From Naegleria gruberi (lineage: Eukaryota): a stretch of 64,000 nt of DNA. Position numbers and translations under genes: made by a program. Below the pieces are notes generated by a model. The model made no database searches and was not told the DNA's origin. It saw nothing but the letters and a program-made list of their open reading frames with translations. Positions 41,561 through 53,040 of this stretch are shown here, in pieces (position 1 is the stretch's first letter; each line of letters opens with the position of its first letter). The stretch lies in the NCBI GenBank assembly GCA_000004985.1, contig GG738876.1. The stretch is one strand, 5' to 3'.

Positions 41561-42052
41561 TTTATGCATTAAAACCTGTAGGGACATCATCAATCAAACA
41601 CCTTACAGAGTGAAAGATAACAAGGAACTGATCTGTGATTAGTTTCTTGTTGAGTGGACCAAAGAGTGAGGTTGTCCAAACAATAACATAAGGCAACTTC
41701 TCTCATCCACTCTATTCGAATTGCTGTTATGCCATTCGAATCACAGCTGTACTCATTAGGGAGCATTAGTCTATTTTCGATTAAGTAATTGAGTATTTGC
41801 AATCTGTTGCTTGTCGCTGTTGGTAAAGTTTCAGATAATATCATACTTATTACACCTTAGTGATAGATCCATGATTAGTTTTCAGTTTACTATTTAATTT
41901 GGGCAACTTACTTTCCTTAATGTTATTGTTTGGACAACCTCACTCTTTGGTCCACTCAACAAGAAACTAATCACAGATCAGTTCCTCGTTATCTTTCACT
42001 CTGTAAGGTGTTTGATTGATGATATCCCTACAGGTTAATGCATATAAAACTA
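41561..42052. mobile_element. Foldback / MITE-like non-autonomous element with about 130-bp terminal inverted repeats.
   Basis: 41561..41692 is the near-perfect reverse complement of 41920..42052, with 2 to 3 mismatches. A roughly 230-bp non-coding core lies between. No ORF. Confidence 0.75.
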
Positions 42053-42235
42053 ATAAAAATTGATTCAAATCAATTTGAATTTATTTGTTTAATTATTTTT
42101 CCTTGAAAATCTTGGAAAATCTTCAAATTATTCTGCCGAGATTTGCAGCGAATATTGACTCCTTGTTTGAATATCAACCATAAAGAACAATTAGAATTGT
42201 TTCATTCAATTTTTCAATATATAGGTGAAAGAAAA

Positions 42236-42550
42236 AACTGTAAATTTGAAATTGATTACAAAAATAAATTTCAAAATTTGTAGTTTCAGTTTGGGGATTG
42301 AAAATGAGCAACATTTTAAAAAGAATAAAACCACAATTTGATGTTCATTCTTATTGAGTTCATGACAATTACCTTGTAAATATCACTATTCAATTGGGAA
42401 TTACATTAGTTTCTAATAAAAAAGATGCTCAGACTAAAAGCAAAATCTGACGGTCATTGTGTAGCTCGTGTACCTTTGATAGAAGGGTTACGCTTTAGGT
42501 AATGTGTTGGCACCAAATCTGTGTGCCAATTGATGAACTGCTGTAATTCT
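42236..42550 (+). repeat. Dispersed roughly 310-bp repeat family, copy B.
   Basis: Same family as copies A and C. Ends in CTGCTGTAATTCTTTTTTTT. Confidence 0.75.
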
Positions 42551-42716
42551 TTTTTTTCTTCATCTTTCTATTCTTTACCTTTCTTTTACATTCTAACATC
42601 TCTGATATTCGAAACTTGAAAGTTTTCATTTAATTTCGAATTGATTGGAACGAAACAATCATTTTTGAATTTAATAGAACTTTCTCAAAATCAATCAATT
42701 TCAATTGACCAAAAAA

Positions 42717-43631
42717 ATGTCTCAAGACAATCTCACAGATGAAGAATCGACATATTTCATTAGAAATTATCCATTAACTCATCCTTTCATCATGGCACAC
42801 TATAAGAAACAACGAACCATTCCTGTATTGGCTGCTCCTCTTTCTAGTTTTGCAGTTAGTTGTGCTACCATCTCGTACTTTGCCTTTAGTTTAACCTTTC
42901 CCGAGAAGAGATTAGTAATGGATTATGTACATGATGAATATTCGAATAATGGAAGTGGAAAGCCCAGATATAGTGGTGGAATTGTGGATGTGGTGAGGAA
43001 GATTTATGCTGAAGAAGGAATTGCTGGAGTTTTGGGGAAGAAAGAGGCTGTAGCAGCATTGATTGAAATGGGAGCTACCATTGGATATTTTGCAACTATT
43101 GGAAATGTTGTGAAATCTTTTACTGTACCGAATAGTTGGTTAGAATTTGCTATTGACACTTTCTTAATGAATACTGTGATTCATCCAATTTTAGTCGTTT
43201 CGTTTGCCCTTCATAAGAGATTTGACGACAAAACGAAAGATAATAGGGGATTTATTGAGACTGCAAAGAAGATTTATTCAGAAAGTGGTGTGAAAGGATT
43301 TTATCGTGGTTTTGGTTGGTCTTTTTTATTCCACCTTGAAAAGGTTTACAAAAAAGGTTTAGCTTGGGTAATTCGTTCAGGAGTGGAATTTTTTCTTGAC
43401 ATTGAACATGAAAACTTGGATGCTGAAACACACTTTACATTGAAACATATTGAAATTAATTTAGTTAAAATCCTTTACGATGTGATAATGCCATTCTCAT
43501 CATCCTTGGGTAGATATGTTGGAGATCAGGGAGCTACCTATTCCAATTACTTTGATTGTGTGAAAAAGACTTACCAACAAGAAGGATTGAAAGGATTGTA
43601 TAAGGGTTCATGGGTGGCAATCTTTTTGTAG
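42717..43631 (+). CDS. Divergent mitochondrial-carrier-family-like protein.
   Basis: Repeated G..G.Y+G-type signatures (GVKGFYRGFGWSF, GLKGLYKGSWVAI) and amphipathic helices. The ATG is preceded by an A-run. Confidence 0.5.
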   Translation: MSQDNLTDEESTYFIRNYPLTHPFIMAHYKKQRTIPVLAAPLSSFAVSCATISYFAFSLTFPEKRLVMDYVHDEYSNNGSGKPRYSGGIVDVVRKIYAEEGIAGVLGKKEAVAALIEMGATIGYFATIGNVVKSFTVPNSWLEFAIDTFLMNTVIHPILVVSFALHKRFDDKTKDNRGFIETAKKIYSESGVKGFYRGFGWSFLFHLEKVYKKGLAWVIRSGVEFFLDIEHENLDAETHFTLKHIEINLVKILYDVIMPFSSSLGRYVGDQGATYSNYFDCVKKTYQQEGLKGLYKGSWVAIFL

Positions 43632-43671
43632 TCTATCACCAAGAAGCTCTTTACAAGGGTGTATTTTGATG

Positions 43672-46600
43672 TTAAAACTTTAATCCTAACTGTTCCAACA
43701 TTTTTTTCATCTTTGCATGCTCCCTTCTCAATTGTTCCACTTCATCAATTTCCTCCATAATGATTGATGATGACTCTGCATTGTTGGTAGTAATAACTTC
43801 ATTGAATGGAATGTCCAAATCTCTGAATCTTTCCTTCATTGATTCATAAATATCCTTCTCCTCAATAATGAGTGGAAAATTTTGTCCAAAATAATTTAGT
43901 GTTAGTAAATTGGCCTTTACAAGGAATGGATTCTCTAACAGTATATTGGTGGCCGTTAAGGTTGTACTCAATTTCTCATCTACCATTTTCTTTATGAGTT
44001 TGAAGAACATGGAAAATGGTTTAAAATGTTCAAAGTTTTCCACACATGCAAGACAATTATCGTAATATTCGCATTTTTCTTTCAATAATCTCAAAATTTC
44101 ATCTCTCGACTCTCTATAGTTGTGAATTGTGGTGAGTGGATTTAATATTACTTCAATAAGAGTGCAGCCCAAACTCCAGAAATCAACTTCCTTTCCATAA
44201 TGATGATTCAAAACGCTTGGTGATTGATATCTGGGAGTTCCGTTTCCATATGACGTAGAAAATTGAGCATCCACAATTCTTGCCAATCCAAAATCTCCTA
44301 AAACATAATATTTCAAATCATTGGTAAAGTGGAAGAGAATATTTTCTGGTTTGATATCACGATGGATCATTGAATGTCTTTCATGAATGTGAATGAAGGC
44401 ATTCATTATGTGAATCGTCACATCAGAAATTAATGAAAGTAGATGTATGGCAAACTTTGAAGGAGAATAATCGAAAATTAATTTCTCATGGAAAATTTCA
44501 ATTTCATCTCTAAGAGTTCCTCCATTCATGTATTCCATAACTAGACATTCAGGGTCACAATCTTTCAATTTTGTTTTACTTTTTACCAAGCTGATACAAG
44601 TAACAATGTTTGGGTGATATCTGCATTTTTCCATCATTTTGAACTGTTTAAATAATAATGACTTTTTAGTCCTCATAATATTGCTACTTACCTCATCGAA
44701 TTTAGTTGTGCTCAATCCACTATCATCAAATTTGTAGAATTTGAAAACAAATAAACGTTTGGATTGGATGTGATAAAAAATGAATACTTTTCCTTGACTT
44801 CCTGTTTTCCCAAATTCCTTGATTTGCACAAATTCAGATTCCCGTTCTCTATTCAATAATAGAGATTCCTTTGATTCTCTTTCATTTTCGACAGTAATTA
44901 TAAAGGGTGTTGGTTCAGTAAATGATAAATATTCATCACTCTCATAAGATACTTGTGGCCTTGATTCTGCATTTGTAATATATGCTGAAAGAAATCCATA
45001 GTATTTCCCTTTCTCAAGTTCTGAAATTGGATATTTATGGAATGGAATAGAATTTTGTGTTACCCATGTCAATAAATTGGTTTGTTGTGTCATATCCTCT
45101 TCCAATAGTGATTTTCCGTTTACCAAGAAATCAAGTATTTTGATAAGAACTCTTTCATAATATTCCTTATCACTTCCCTTTTTTCCATTTTCAATAACTC
45201 TGTAGAGAAGATTTCTTTGGTAAGCATCTTTCTTTTCAACAAGTTGCTTCACAAGCTCACCCAAATTTTCAGAATATCCCATCTGTTCCAATAAATATTG
45301 AGCCACTTTGAAATATCCGTGCTCGATGGCTAAATCTACTGCTCTCAATCCGTTTCGTGTCTTTGTGTCCATGGAAAGCTTATACTTTTCCACCAACAAC
45401 TTGACTATTTCTAAAGCTCCAACAACTGATGCTCCATGAAGGAAAGTATTTCCCTCCAAAGTGGTCATGTTATTATCTGCTCCACGATCCATTAACCATT
45501 CAACAATATTGGCCTTGCCATAATATATCGCATAGTTAACAGGACTGGAATGTTTAACATTGGTAATTTGATTCATTAGCTTGTGCAGAGTTTCTTTTGA
45601 AAGTTTGGTTTCCAAATATTCCAAAACATTCAAGTGACCATGAATAGCTGCAGCATGAAGGATATTCTCACCATTGTTATCAATTTGTGGATCAGCGCCA
45701 TGTTCCAACAAAAATTGAAGACATTCCAATTGGCCCATAGTACTAGCTTGCAAAACAGGTGGTTGATAGGGATGAGTAGAGAAGTTTGGATCCACCTGCA
45801 AGTCTTCTATCAAATACTTTAAAATATCAATTCTTCCAACAGAACAAGCAGCAGATAGGCATCTTTGTACTGATTTTAGGTTGGTTTGCATAAAATCATC
45901 TCTTCTTGGCAAAACCAATTTGAAAATAGAGACATCCAAGCTGTTGAGTGGCACATATTCTAGAGGGAGGTTTCCAGATTTGTCAATTTTCAATGCCAGA
46001 TGAGGATATTTTTGTAGAATATACTCTATGAGATCCTTATTCTTTGATCCAATACTCAAGTGGGCAATATTCTTGTCTGCTTGGTATTCAACCTGTTCAG
46101 GATTAATATTTAATTCCTCGATAAGATACTTGACAATTCTTAAATGACCAAAATTGGCTGCCGTTGAGAGACAATCCAATTGGTTAAATTGACGTAATGT
46201 GAAAGTCTCCTTGTATTTGGTCAAATATTGTAATATTTCTAAATGGCCAAGTTCAGCATAAAGATTGGGAAAGTTTGCATTTGAGTTATTCAAATAGTAA
46301 AATCCATTCCTCATGAAATAATCTGCCAAATAAATATTCAATCCAAGTTCGGCACACCACAAAGTTGGATACTTGTTATTCACATCTTTGAATTTCTCAA
46401 CTGGATATTTATCCCTATTTGAAAGGAAATAGTAGAGAATTTTCATAGATCCATACATGGATGCCAAATGGTAACATGTTGGTTTCCTTGGATGATTGGC
46501 AGGTTCTAACAATGAAATTTCATTATGAATTGAAAGAATGTACTCGAAAATTTCCACTTGATCATAAATTGAAGCTAAAAACAGTGGAGAATAACCATCT

Positions 46601-47397
46601 ATATCTGAGCAAGAACAACTCAAGCCACCTTGTTGTTCATCAGCAATTAAATACTTGAAAATTGATAATGATCCATGCATGGCAGAATAATGCAAAACAT
46701 TCCTGCCTCTATGATCTATAAATTGCAAAGCCTCCTTGCCAAATTTTCCAACCAATTGTTGGAAAAGGCTTAAATTATCATTCATTGAAGCAATCATTAG
46801 AAGATTTCTACCCTCGGAATCTCTCATATCCTTCAAACTCTCCCAACATTCTTCAATCCACTCGAGAGGCACCATAAACAACAAATGCAATGGATGGCAC
46901 TCTTTGCAATCAATCACTGATTTTTCTGCTAATTTACACAATCTAACAAAAGACTCCTTCTCTTGTTTCACAATGGCATTCACGAACAATTGATGAACAT
47001 TATCATCATGATTAAATTTCTTTACATTGATCAATATTTCAACCATTGATTTCCTCTCGGAAATAATCATCCAATCTAACCAATTAAAATCCACGAGAGA
47101 AATTGACAAATCTACCAACTTGGTCAAATAAAACAATCTCAAGATGAAATTTGCTAAACTTGACTTTCTTCTCGTGATTAACTTGTTCAGGTAATTGTTT
47201 AATTTTCCCTCCAACATTAAGTAATTAATTAAATTTTGATTTAAATATAAATTCTGACCAACATTGATTGTATGTTGCTCATCCGAACAATTTCTCAGCA
47301 AGGCATTGGGTGAATCCTCCACGTACGCCTTCTCAAAGAGTAGAATTTCAGTGTTGAAATGATCTTCAAGAGGTGAAGGAGTGACTTTTCTTTCCAT
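43672..47397 (-). CDS. Ankyrin-repeat-containing Ser/Thr protein kinase, 1241 aa.
   Basis: Many ankyrin-like repeats (G..LH.A...GH...V..LL) in the N-terminal two thirds. The C-terminal kinase domain has HRDIKPENILF, GDFGLAR and the APE region. Confidence 0.8.
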   Translation of the reverse strand: MERKVTPSPLEDHFNTEILLFEKAYVEDSPNALLRNCSDEQHTINVGQNLYLNQNLINYLMLEGKLNNYLNKLITRRKSSLANFILRLFYLTKLVDLSISLVDFNWLDWMIISERKSMVEILINVKKFNHDDNVHQLFVNAIVKQEKESFVRLCKLAEKSVIDCKECHPLHLLFMVPLEWIEECWESLKDMRDSEGRNLLMIASMNDNLSLFQQLVGKFGKEALQFIDHRGRNVLHYSAMHGSLSIFKYLIADEQQGGLSCSCSDIDGYSPLFLASIYDQVEIFEYILSIHNEISLLEPANHPRKPTCYHLASMYGSMKILYYFLSNRDKYPVEKFKDVNNKYPTLWCAELGLNIYLADYFMRNGFYYLNNSNANFPNLYAELGHLEILQYLTKYKETFTLRQFNQLDCLSTAANFGHLRIVKYLIEELNINPEQVEYQADKNIAHLSIGSKNKDLIEYILQKYPHLALKIDKSGNLPLEYVPLNSLDVSIFKLVLPRRDDFMQTNLKSVQRCLSAACSVGRIDILKYLIEDLQVDPNFSTHPYQPPVLQASTMGQLECLQFLLEHGADPQIDNNGENILHAAAIHGHLNVLEYLETKLSKETLHKLMNQITNVKHSSPVNYAIYYGKANIVEWLMDRGADNNMTTLEGNTFLHGASVVGALEIVKLLVEKYKLSMDTKTRNGLRAVDLAIEHGYFKVAQYLLEQMGYSENLGELVKQLVEKKDAYQRNLLYRVIENGKKGSDKEYYERVLIKILDFLVNGKSLLEEDMTQQTNLLTWVTQNSIPFHKYPISELEKGKYYGFLSAYITNAESRPQVSYESDEYLSFTEPTPFIITVENERESKESLLLNRERESEFVQIKEFGKTGSQGKVFIFYHIQSKRLFVFKFYKFDDSGLSTTKFDEVSSNIMRTKKSLLFKQFKMMEKCRYHPNIVTCISLVKSKTKLKDCDPECLVMEYMNGGTLRDEIEIFHEKLIFDYSPSKFAIHLLSLISDVTIHIMNAFIHIHERHSMIHRDIKPENILFHFTNDLKYYVLGDFGLARIVDAQFSTSYGNGTPRYQSPSVLNHHYGKEVDFWSLGCTLIEVILNPLTTIHNYRESRDEILRLLKEKCEYYDNCLACVENFEHFKPFSMFFKLIKKMVDEKLSTTLTATNILLENPFLVKANLLTLNYFGQNFPLIIEEKDIYESMKERFRDLDIPFNEVITTNNAESSSIIMEEIDEVEQLRREHAKMKKMLEQLGLKF

Positions 47398-47897
47398 TTT
47401 TTAATGATAGATGTTCTGGTCATCAAGATATGGATAATTATTGGTTGTCATTGATAAGGGAGAGTACAAGATGAATCCTATGGCTTTTCTCTTTGTTCGG
47501 ATGTTTCTCTTCTTTCACAAGTTCTTGTTTGTTGGTAGGAAGGAAAAATTGAAACATTTTTTTCCAAGTTGAATTGATTAAGGCGCGAAATTTATTAAAT
47601 TATTTTCAATTTAATAATTGTAAATACATGTATTGAAAGGTACTGTACATTATTGTTCATAGGTTACTCGGAAAACAATTCCTTCTTTAAATTCCCTCAG
47701 AGGATATTTAAGATGAGCTACTTCATTTCAAAAAAGTAAATTTCCAAGTCGTCATCCATTCGGAGAAAACCATCAACTCAAAGGATATTAAATACTCGTG
47801 TCCTAAATACCCTCTGCGCTTATTTACTATCCAATCAACTAAATGCATTTATGAACACAAGTTAGAGTGGAAACTTCAAGAAACAATTCAAAAAAAA

Positions 47898-49615
47898 ATG
47901 TATCTTATTGAACTGTTGCTTGCAATTCTACTTGTCATTGCAACCATTATCATTGTGAGAGTTTATACGAGTTATAGAAAGGTTTCACACATTCCTGGAG
48001 GTTGGCAAATAACCAGTTTTCTATTTAGAATTCCAATTGTGGCAGAGTATGTCTTTATTAATAATCCGAGAAGAATTCTTCAATTGGTAAAGGAGAAGAG
48101 TGAGAAGGAGAATGGAAATGTTGTGAGAGTTAGTTTGATGGGTAGAAATATTGTCTATATCAATGATAAAGAGTTACTGAAAGAGGTTATTGTGACGAAA
48201 GGTCATAATTTCCCAAAACATAAGGCGCCTTATGAAGGATTTACTATATTTGGTGAGAATATATTGACCATTGAGGATTCTGCTGATGAAAATTTAAGAA
48301 ATCATCACAAGGTTTGTTCCCCTGCATTCACAAATCAAAATTTGGAATATCTTGTAGATTATTCTTCTAAAAGTATCGGAAAGTTGTTCGATAGATGGCA
48401 GAAACAAACTAAAGAATACACAATCAATGGAAAAACTGTACAAGGTTACTCACCTGCAGATATCAAGAATGATTTCAGTGATTTGACTCTTGATATTTTA
48501 GGACAAGTTGGTTTTGGTTTGGATTTTGACATTTTCTCTGCTAATGAACATTCTGAAGGCATTGAATTTAGAAAAAGTCTTGAATTACTTTTCACAACTG
48601 GTGTATTTGTTAAATTATATGTTGGAATGAATCCTCTCCTTAAATGGGCTCATCCACTAGCTCAACAATATTTTGGAATTGACCATGCATTGAAGTATGT
48701 GAGTTCCAAATTGGATGACATGATTTCTGTGAGAAAGAATGAAATTGAACATCAATTTAGTTTATCTGGTGAAGGTTCTGATAGAAGAGACTTGTTGAGT
48801 TGCTTGATTGAAGCAAATTATCTTCAAAAAGGTTTATTGACTGATGATGAAGTCAAGTCTGATGCGTTTATTTTTTCGCTAGCCGGCCACGATACTACTT
48901 CAACAACCTTCCAATGGGTAAGTTTTAATTTTTTTATTGTTATTTAAATTTTTTTTATTTTTTTAAAATTTTCAAATTCCATAAATAGTGTTGTTATGAA
49001 TTAGGAAAGAGATTGGATGTTCAACAAAAAGTTCGTGAAGAAGTCAATTCCATCTTGAAAGGAAGAAAGCCAGTCTTTGATGACTTTACCGAAATGAATT
49101 ATTTGAATTGTGTTGTTATGGAAACTTTAAGATTGCATCCACCAGTTCCAGCTGGTTTCCGTGTGGCCAAGAAATCAACCAACATTGGAAAATATCAAAT
49201 TCCAAAGGGTACCATTATTGCACTCGATTTGGCTAATACCAATTGGAATGAAAAACATTGGGAGAAACCTTTCGAATTTATTCCAGAAAGATTTGCTATG
49301 AATTTTGATGAAAGACAAAAAACTGAAAGTGATTTTACGTGGGTTCCATTCTCTATGGGTAACAGAAAGTGCATTGTAAGTTTGAAAATCTATATTTCAT
49401 TTATTTAGGCATTTAAATAATTCCAAATTTGTAAATTTTAGGGATTTAAATTTTCCAGATATGAATTATTCACCCTATTGAGCAATATGATGCAAAAATA
49501 TGAAATTATCACATTGAATGATGAATCTAATCCAAAAGATAGAGTATATGAAGTCCCTGGTCCAACCATCAATCCAGGAAATTTAAGATTGCTATTTAAG
49601 GAAATTTCCAATTAA
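47898..49615 (+). CDS. Cytochrome P450, three exons: join(47898..48917,48989..49375,49442..49615).
   Basis: N-terminal anchor, I-helix AGHDTTS, ETLRLHPP, PERF, and heme loop FSMGNRKC-I|G with an intron after Ile. Both introns are GTAAGT..AG. Confidence 0.85.
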
Positions 49616-49680
49616 TTAAAAAAATAATTTAATAAATAAATTGAGAAACACAAGAAATCAAATCTTGATCTCAAGTTGAA

Positions 49681-50883
49681 CTACCACATTTGGAATAAAT
49701 CATCAGCATTTGTTGGTAACATTGTGAGTCTCTTCTTCTTTTGCTCTATAAAATCTTGCAAGTCAACTGGATCACTATTTGCTGGACTCACGTCACTTTT
49801 TCTTGGAGTTCTATTAGAAAAACTATTCAATGGAGTGGATGTAATCGTACCAGGTGTTGGGAGTGGTCTTTCCTTAAGAGGTTTTCCACTAATTTGAACG
49901 GTTGGAGTTGTTGGAAGATTCGTCTTTTCCTTTTCAAGTTCCTTATTGAGAAAATCATTTCGTTCTTGTTTAATCTTATCCATCAGATTGCTGGTGTGGA
50001 GAGTTTTAATGTTAGTGCCTGTTACTGTTGATGTGCTTGGTTTTGGTGAGGTTAGTGCTGAGCTAGTGGTATAGTCAACATTCGAATAAGATTTCGAATG
50101 GACTGGACTTGAAGGTAATTGTACGGATTCTCTTTCTTTTCTTATCATATTTTCCAATAATTCTAAACGTTTCATTTCTTCTTCTCTCAATAATCTTAAC
50201 AATTCTTGTAAGCGATCTTCTTCAGAATTCGACCAATTTTCGGATGAAGAAGGTGTGAATCGAATAGACTTTCTTTCAAATAATTGCATTGCTTCCTTGT
50301 AATTTGATGAATCCAACTTTTCATTTTCAAATTGTTGCAATAATTTTGAGAATCTTTCTGTCATTTTACTGTCAGCTGTCGAGACATTCTTTCTAATATT
50401 GAAATTTCTCTTAACTCTGTCATGATGGAAAGCTGTGGTGGATTGTTGTTTTGGTTTTCTTTCAATTCTTGCAATTTTCTCGCTTACACTTGAAGTTGGT
50501 GGAGAGTTTCCTCCAGTTTCGGTTAATTGTTCGAAATTACCAATTGTCTTTCTGATGGAAGAATTAGTTTTGATATTTCTTGAAATTCTGTGATCCGAAG
50601 ATGGGGAATGATTCTTTGGTGATGAAGATAAATTTGGTGAAGAGGACATTCTATTCAAATTATTATTCGAATGTGGTTTAATCATCACAGAGGAAGAATT
50701 TGAACGATTTAATATTGGTACATTCGAATCATCCTTTGCTGATGGTTGAGTTGGCGATGATCCTTGCTTTTCAAAAATGTCAATTCTTTCTTTCGTCTTG
50801 TTGGAAATCGAAACTGTATGTCTCTTATTCGAATCATCAAACTTTTGAGCAAGGGATGAAACTTTTTTCACTCCAGGTGACAT
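49681..50883 (-). CDS. Hypothetical Ser/Pro/Asn-rich protein with a central charged, coiled-coil-like segment.
   Basis: 400-aa ORF. Low-complexity composition. Confidence 0.45.
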   Translation of the reverse strand: MSPGVKKVSSLAQKFDDSNKRHTVSISNKTKERIDIFEKQGSSPTQPSAKDDSNVPILNRSNSSSVMIKPHSNNNLNRMSSSPNLSSSPKNHSPSSDHRISRNIKTNSSIRKTIGNFEQLTETGGNSPPTSSVSEKIARIERKPKQQSTTAFHHDRVKRNFNIRKNVSTADSKMTERFSKLLQQFENEKLDSSNYKEAMQLFERKSIRFTPSSSENWSNSEEDRLQELLRLLREEEMKRLELLENMIRKERESVQLPSSPVHSKSYSNVDYTTSSALTSPKPSTSTVTGTNIKTLHTSNLMDKIKQERNDFLNKELEKEKTNLPTTPTVQISGKPLKERPLPTPGTITSTPLNSFSNRTPRKSDVSPANSDPVDLQDFIEQKKKRLTMLPTNADDLFQMW

Positions 50884-51056
50884 GTTGTGATAGGATTGGT
50901 GTAAATTTTTTTCTTATTGGCTTGACGAAACCTTTCTAATAACTTTGCTAAGACTGCGGAGTGCAAAAACGACAATTTTTTGAGAATCATTGAAAAGGAT
51001 CCAAGAACCAAATCAGGCCAATAATTAAAGGTATTTAATGGATATTAAACGGCGAA

Positions 51057-51404
51057 ATGAAAGGTCCGAAAATCAATATTTTCAAAAAGAGATTCTTTAA
51101 GATTGAAGGTCATAATCTAATATATCAAACGGATAGTAAGGATTGCAAAGCTCTTGGTTCAATTGATTTGAGAACAGCTCTCACTGATATTGCTCCTGAA
51201 AAATCGAGTAATAAGAGAAAATATGTTTTCAGAGTAGAAATTCCAGGAAGAACCTACTTTATGTCAGCACCATCCAAATTGGAATGGAGAAGGAAATGTT
51301 ATGGATTAGTTCTTTCACTTTCTAATTTGTTAATTTATATGAAGAACTGTAAAGCAGTTATTGTAAACTTCAAAATATTCCGCATTCCAATGATATTCTA
51401 TTGA
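51057..51404 (+). CDS. Small PH-domain-like protein. The 3' end is uncertain and an intron is possible.
   Basis: KRFFKIEGHNLIY...YVFRVEIPGRTYFMSAPSKLEWRRKC resembles the PH-domain fold consensus with a C-terminal Trp. Confidence 0.4.
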   Translation: MKGPKINIFKKRFFKIEGHNLIYQTDSKDCKALGSIDLRTALTDIAPEKSSNKRKYVFRVEIPGRTYFMSAPSKLEWRRKCYGLVLSLSNLLIYMKNCKAVIVNFKIFRIPMIFY

Positions 51405-51531
51405 AAATTGTTGAATTTAAACTTTCCACTGCTTTCTAATAATAAATTGACCTTTCGTCCATCATCAACTCCAAATAGTTCATCAATTAATTCATTGTAA
51501 TCAATAATTGTTCAACTTTCCACAAAAAAAA

Positions 51532-53040
51532 ATGTCTCAATTTCCACTCCCAATCTCCCACTTTCTCATCCGAAACCAAGTTGAATTTCTTCTTCTCACC
51601 TCCGATGGTAAACTCTTCATCTCCCCTCACATGCACAATACTCGTCACATTCACATGATCCGATCACAATATTTACAAGATTTATCATCCGAAAATTTTT
51701 ATATCACAATGACGGATAGAAATTTACATCAGAAAGATGTCGTGATGGAAAATACAAGTCTTGTAGAGTTTCGGTTGAAATCAATTGATTTGCTAAATGT
51801 GGAGAAGGTTAAGAAGATGAATGAGAATAGGAATGAGAAGGTGATTTTGATTAATGATGCTCATCAGGTTATTGGAAAGAATGTTAATGGAAAGGTTTCG
51901 TATTTGAGTGAAATGGAAAGTTTGATAGTGAGAGCATCAAGTTGGGAACCAATTATTTTGGAAAATTGGATATATGCTACAGAAATGTATCCTGCCTTGG
52001 ATTTCTTATGGAATTGTGAGAGAGTGAGATGTTTCAGTGTGTCTGTGAATGGAAATATTTCTCTAGTCACTGAATCAAACTCAATTTATATATTTGGAAA
52101 TGTGGAAAATTTTATTGGAAAGAAGTGTGAATTCAGAGGAGAGTACGAGAGAGATGGATTGAGATTTGTTCGATTGAGGCCACCAAAATTGGCCTGCACA
52201 AAGAGTCAATATTGTGAGAATGAATTTTCCACGAGTAATGACTTTCAAATCACTCAGATAGAATGTGGAATTTCACATGTTATTGTGCAATGTAAGAATA
52301 GAGATATTTATGTGGTGGGAGAAAATTCTGCCATGCTCATTGGATTGGAACATCGATCTCTGTATAGAATGTTAACTCCTCTTAGAATTTCTGTATTGAA
52401 CGATCTTGAGTATGTGGTGCAAATTGTTTGTTTGACATCTTGCACTCTTTTCTTGACAAGTGAAGGTCGCGTCCTATTTACTGGATCGTTTAAGAGCAAA
52501 TCAAATGGAATTGAAGTATTTAAACAACTAGTGGGAAGAGTTTCTAAAATTTCAGGAGAATCTTCATATGTCGCATTCCTAATGGAAGACAATCAAACAA
52601 TTTGCTTGTTTAATGTATCTCTACGATTTGGAGAAATGATTTTTGAAACAAATTTGGAAAAGGGTCAAATTGCTGACATTAATTGTTCTTCTTCTGGAAT
52701 TGAAATATTAACAAGTGAGGGAGACATTGAGAATATTTGCTTTTCCCACCAAGGAATGAAAGATATGGATGAAAACTATGGAATGATTCCAACAAAGGTG
52801 GTACCAGTCACTGTGAAAGAATGCTACAATATTACACCTTATTATTTCGAACACACAGAAAGTGACCTCTCTCCAATTCATCCCTGTACAAGAATTGCCC
52901 AATTTCTCATTTACAATCAAACACCATCCTACATTACAAGTATAGAAACAAGAAATGTCAAATATTTCAAAGAAAATTTACATTCAAATTTGAAATCCCT
53001 CTTAGAAACCTTCTCTGATATATCACTTTCCACAATTTAA
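51532..53040 (+). CDS. Hypothetical protein, possibly RCC1-like / beta-propeller repeats.
   Basis: Long ORF starting at an A-rich ATG. Repeated hydrophobic beta-strand-like segments with Gly turns. Confidence 0.5.
   Translation: MSQFPLPISHFLIRNQVEFLLLTSDGKLFISPHMHNTRHIHMIRSQYLQDLSSENFYITMTDRNLHQKDVVMENTSLVEFRLKSIDLLNVEKVKKMNENRNEKVILINDAHQVIGKNVNGKVSYLSEMESLIVRASSWEPIILENWIYATEMYPALDFLWNCERVRCFSVSVNGNISLVTESNSIYIFGNVENFIGKKCEFRGEYERDGLRFVRLRPPKLACTKSQYCENEFSTSNDFQITQIECGISHVIVQCKNRDIYVVGENSAMLIGLEHRSLYRMLTPLRISVLNDLEYVVQIVCLTSCTLFLTSEGRVLFTGSFKSKSNGIEVFKQLVGRVSKISGESSYVAFLMEDNQTICLFNVSLRFGEMIFETNLEKGQIADINCSSSGIEILTSEGDIENICFSHQGMKDMDENYGMIPTKVVPVTVKECYNITPYYFEHTESDLSPIHPCTRIAQFLIYNQTPSYITSIETRNVKYFKENLHSNLKSLLETFSDISLSTI

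Noticed and set aside
41590-41844. An 84-aa minus-strand ORF inside the foldback element
   Set aside because: It lies across the TIR and core of a non-coding palindromic element. There is no start context and no similarity to anything.
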